Virus record (IMG/VR): IMGVR_UViG_3300044568_003163
Span: 1 to 64,000 of that record
Length of the DNA stretch: 64,000 nucleotides
Strand: one strand, 5' to 3'
In this document: positions 61,781-64,000 of the stretch, one piece after another
Layout of the letters: the number at the start of each line of letters is the position of its first letter
How positions within the stretch are numbered: position 1 is the first letter of the stretch
The notes under the pieces: generated by a model
Database searches by the model: none
What the model was told of the DNA's origin: nothing
Seen by the model: only the letters and a program-made list of their open reading frames with translations
Translations under genes and position numbers: made by a program

Positions 61781-62269
61781 TTATTTTCTGTTTAAAATTC
61801 TAATTGCTTTGTTTGTGCATTCATTTGTTAGGCCATAACCTATGTCGATACAATCTGGATGATTGATGTTATTTGAACAACAAACAAAATTACCTAATTG
61901 ACTATCTAACATATCTTCGTCATCATCTAAAATAACATAATTGGTGATTTGATAATATTGGTCTAAGATTGCTTGGATCTCATCACCTCGTTGTAACTTT
62001 TCACGGAATTCCTCATCTTTTACGTTTCTCCAAAGATCTGGTGTAACTCCGATAAGTTCACCAGCTAATCCTCTCTTTTCCCACATTGCTTGCATTTTAG
62101 CAAGTCCAGCATGTCTCCATGAAGAACTCATTACAATCTTAGCTCCAGTTTCATCTACAATTCGTTTTAGATTGTCCATGAAATGTTGATGGAATATTTG
62201 ACCAAACTCATCGTGACCTTGTCCTATCACGTTAAGCACTCCGTCGATATCAAGAAATATTACTTTCAT
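61781..62269 (-). CDS. HAD-domain phosphatase (RNA-repair-type HAD) II
   Basis: MKVIFLDIDGVLN, IVMSSSWR, RGDEIQ, YVILDDDED. Confidence 0.82.
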   Translation of the reverse strand: MKVIFLDIDGVLNVIGQGHDEFGQIFHQHFMDNLKRIVDETGAKIVMSSSWRHAGLAKMQAMWEKRGLAGELIGVTPDLWRNVKDEEFREKLQRGDEIQAILDQYYQITNYVILDDDEDMLDSQLGNFVCCSNNINHPDCIDIGYGLTNECTNKAIRILNRK

Positions 62270-62535
62270 AACTTAAAGTATTTGCCTACTTTATCTAGCA
62301 TTACCATATCTCGATTATCTTTAAAGGGCAGATCATCAATATCTTCGTATAAGTTTTGAACAAATACGTCTGCTTTATTTTTTGCAATGTAATTATTAAG
62401 TTCCTTACGTTTTAAAGCAATTACAATTTCTTTAAGTTCGTCGACAGATAAGCCATCCAAATCACCAGATCCATCACTATAAACTTTGATTTCTCGAGCA
62501 AGTGTAATAATAAAATTTGGTGATGATTTAACCAT
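62266..62535 (-). CDS. Hypothetical protein
   Basis: ORF track; ATGA overlap. Confidence 0.55.
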   Translation of the reverse strand: MVKSSPNFIITLAREIKVYSDGSGDLDGLSVDELKEIVIALKRKELNNYIAKNKADVFVQNLYEDIDDLPFKDNRDMVMLDKVGKYFKL

Positions 62536-62707
62536 TTGATTTGTTCATTACGATTCCTAATTTATTCATATCAGCAAGATTTCCTTTAACATACTTTTTA
62601 TTCCATTCTCCGTATGATAGGTTATAATTAATTTCCACCCAAAGATTAAAACCGCCAAACCATCTGCGAGTCCAAAAGTATTTTCCTGTTAGTCTTTTTT
62701 CGTTCAT
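62528..62707 (-). CDS. Unlisted 59-aa ORF (MNEKRLTGKYFWTRRWFGGFNLWVEI...)
   Basis: Manual translation; ATGA overlap with the upstream gene. Confidence 0.55.
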   Translation of the reverse strand: MNEKRLTGKYFWTRRWFGGFNLWVEINYNLSYGEWNKKYVKGNLADMNKLGIVMNKSNG

Positions 62708-63000
62708 ATTAATTGGCCGTTTTCAATTTCTTCGGATCTCTTCAATAAACTAACTTCCTTTCTAATTTCACGTCTCCACCATTCCTTTGTAAGCTTAGGA
62801 TTATGAATGTCCTTATAAATAGTAAATGCTACTTTAGGTTTTGCAATTTCTATTTCTTCACCCCATAAAATCCATTTCTTACGTTTAGTAATTTCCATAC
62901 CATCGTAAAACTCGGTATATTCATAACTGTCGCATTCATTAGCTTCGCATTGAACGGCATATTGAAATTTTCTACCGTCGATTTCTATTTCTTTTAACAT
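62704..63000 (-). CDS. Hypothetical protein
   Basis: ORF track. Confidence 0.6.
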   Translation of the reverse strand: MLKEIEIDGRKFQYAVQCEANECDSYEYTEFYDGMEITKRKKWILWGEEIEIAKPKVAFTIYKDIHNPKLTKEWWRREIRKEVSLLKRSEEIENGQLI

Positions 63001-63191
63001 TATTCATTAGATATTAAGGCACCTAGCCAAGTTAATTCAAGTCCAACAACAAGTATTCTTCCACCGATAGAGTCAAATAACCACCAATGCATAGGATTAA
63101 AGTCCATAGCAACGAAAGAACCTACTACATAACATGATATATGCAATAGAATATAAAGCGCGAGTTTAAATAGATTTCTCTTCATTATCAA
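63000..63191 (-). CDS. Small membrane protein
   Basis: Two hydrophobic segments. Confidence 0.5.
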   Translation of the reverse strand: MIMKRNLFKLALYILLHISCYVVGSFVAMDFNPMHWWLFDSIGGRILVVGLELTWLGALISNE

Positions 63192-63411
63192 GTATTTGAT
63201 TTTGGGTAGTATTAACTGATGCCGGAAATAACATTCGAGTAAGTAACATCATTAAGAACATATCGTTATACGATACGAAAGGTCCATCAAAAATTCTTGG
63301 TACAGTAAGATTCCAAAGAATCATGGTTGGAAATGCAAATACGGCAATTACAATAGCAGCAAGAATAAAATACTGAAAAGTTGCACTTATTCCGAGTAAG
63401 ATTGTCTTCAT
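63166..63411 (-). CDS. Small membrane protein
   Basis: Hydrophobic; first gene after promoter cassette 8. Confidence 0.55.
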   Translation of the reverse strand: MKTILLGISATFQYFILAAIVIAVFAFPTMILWNLTVPRIFDGPFVSYNDMFLMMLLTRMLFPASVNTTQNQILDNEEKSI

Positions 63412-63443
63412 AATAAATAGTTTATTGTTATATGTTTGAAAGA

Positions 63444-63501
63444 GTAAATATAATCAACATTATCTAAAAATGAAAACTTTAGAGCATTTAGTTATTAACA
63501 A
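63444..63501 (-). promoter_or_regulatory. Early promoter cassette 8
   Basis: TGTTAATAA (63500-63492), 39 nt, with TTTC-N19-TATATTTAC. Confidence 0.7.
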
Positions 63502-63506
63502 ATACA

Positions 63507-63535
63507 ACAAAAGCTCAATCTTACGATTAAGCTTT
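63507..63535 (-). terminator. Intrinsic terminator after the tRNA cluster
   Basis: AAAGCTTAATCG/GATTGAGCTTT imperfect stem plus T-rich tail. Confidence 0.6.
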
Positions 63536-63592
63536 ATCGAAGGTATATTAGGCCATACCAATAACCAGGACCTTTTCCCTAGGGAAATGTCG

Positions 63593-63675
63593 TGACCAAA
63601 GAGGGACTCGAACCCTCACGCTCAAAGAGCACCAGCTTCTTAGACTGGCGTGTCTACCAATTCCACCACTCGGCC
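63593..63675 (-). tRNA. tRNA-Leu(AAG), type II, no encoded CCA
   Basis: GGCCGAG/TTTGGTC-A acceptor, Leu-type D arm GTGGAATTGGTAGACAC, CCAGT-CTAAGAA-GCTGG anticodon arm, GCTC-TTT-GAGC variable arm, GAGGG-TTCGAGT-CCCTC T arm. Confidence 0.85.
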
Positions 63676-63679
63676 GTAA

Positions 63680-63800
63680 TGAGCAATCCTATGGAATTAC
63701 TGCAGTTTATCCAAAGGTCGTATATAGCTTGCAGACTAAGATTCTGCTGGATTTTCACCTTCATAAAGCTGGATATCAACGACCCTTATCGCGATTCTCA
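63680..63800 (-). ncRNA. Candidate structured RNA between the two tRNAs
   Basis: Nested complementary segments: TGAGAATC/GATTGCTCA, AAGGGTCGT/ACGACCTTT, AGCT/AGCT, GCAGA/TCTGC. Confidence 0.35.
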
Positions 63801-63803
63801 TTG

Positions 63804-63877
63804 TACCCGAGATGGGACTCGAACCCACACTGTACAGGGTTTAAGTCTGATGCCTCTTCCAATTGGGCTACCCGGGC
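63804..63877 (-). tRNA. tRNA-Leu(TAA) with short variable loop and imperfect anticodon stem
   Basis: GCCCGGG/CTCGGGT-A acceptor, TCAGA-CTTAAAC-CCTGT anticodon arm, 5-nt variable loop, GTGGG-TTCGAGT-CCCAT T arm. Confidence 0.75.
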
Positions 63878-63880
63878 AAA

Positions 63881-64000
63881 TTAAAGAAGTAAGAAAATGA
63901 ACTCCTTAACAGCTGAACGTTCAATAACTTTAAGAATCATTTTGCTTGTATCTCTAGGATTTGCAACTCCTATAAATTCACAAAATGCTTTTTGTTTATT
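63881..64000 (-). CDS. 3' end of a gene truncated by the right window edge (...NKQKAFCEFIGVANPRDTSKMILKVIERSAVKEFIFLLL*)
   Basis: Open frame from 64000 to TAA at 63883-63881. Confidence 0.55.
   Translation of the reverse strand, partial: NKQKAFCEFIGVANPRDTSKMILKVIERSAVKEFIFLLL

Noticed and set aside
63592-63900. 102-aa plus-strand ORF
   Set aside because: It is antisense to two tRNA genes (TKEGLEPS and RDGTRTH are tRNA T-arm translations).

Overview
A 64-kb, very AT-rich (about 30% GC by eye), densely coding slice of a T4-like jumbo myophage genome. Every credible gene but one is on the minus strand and the standard genetic code fits. The host is probably Bacteroidota, based on TAnnTTTG/TAnnTTTA -7 promoter boxes, SD-less A-rich leaders, a Bacteroidota-type S1 N-terminus and a lipoprotein with D-S/T glycosylation sequons. 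Layout: (1-25.4 kb) baseplate/neck/tail module with gp6-, gp7-, gp25-, gp13-, gp5-, gp27-, gp53- and tail-tube-like genes and an embedded ribosomal protein S1 homolog; (27.9-30.9 kb and 52.4-55.4 kb) two paralogous Gly-X-Thr collagen/C1q-like fibre proteins; (31-48 kb) nucleotide metabolism (NDK, dCMP deaminase, kinases, Nudix), DNA repair (MBD4-like, pyrimidine-dimer glycosylase, LigA), a putative cytosine-hypermodification cluster (NDP-sugar epimerase, dNMP kinase, GT-B glycosyltransferase, dCMP-type thymidylate-synthase homolog), a COLGALT1-like glycosyltransferase, and 7-9 small proteins with a T4-like capsid-targeting N-terminus; (45-64 kb) SmpB plus tmRNA, many small early genes, UvsE, an exonuclease, phosphatases and two atypical tRNA-Leu genes. 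Best candidates for undescribed systems: a phage collagen-fibre glycosylation system, a glycosylated-cytosine pathway with a non-canonical TS homolog, and an 8-copy early-promoter cassette with a helically phased TGTTAAYAA box. All family assignments come from motif recall, not database searches.
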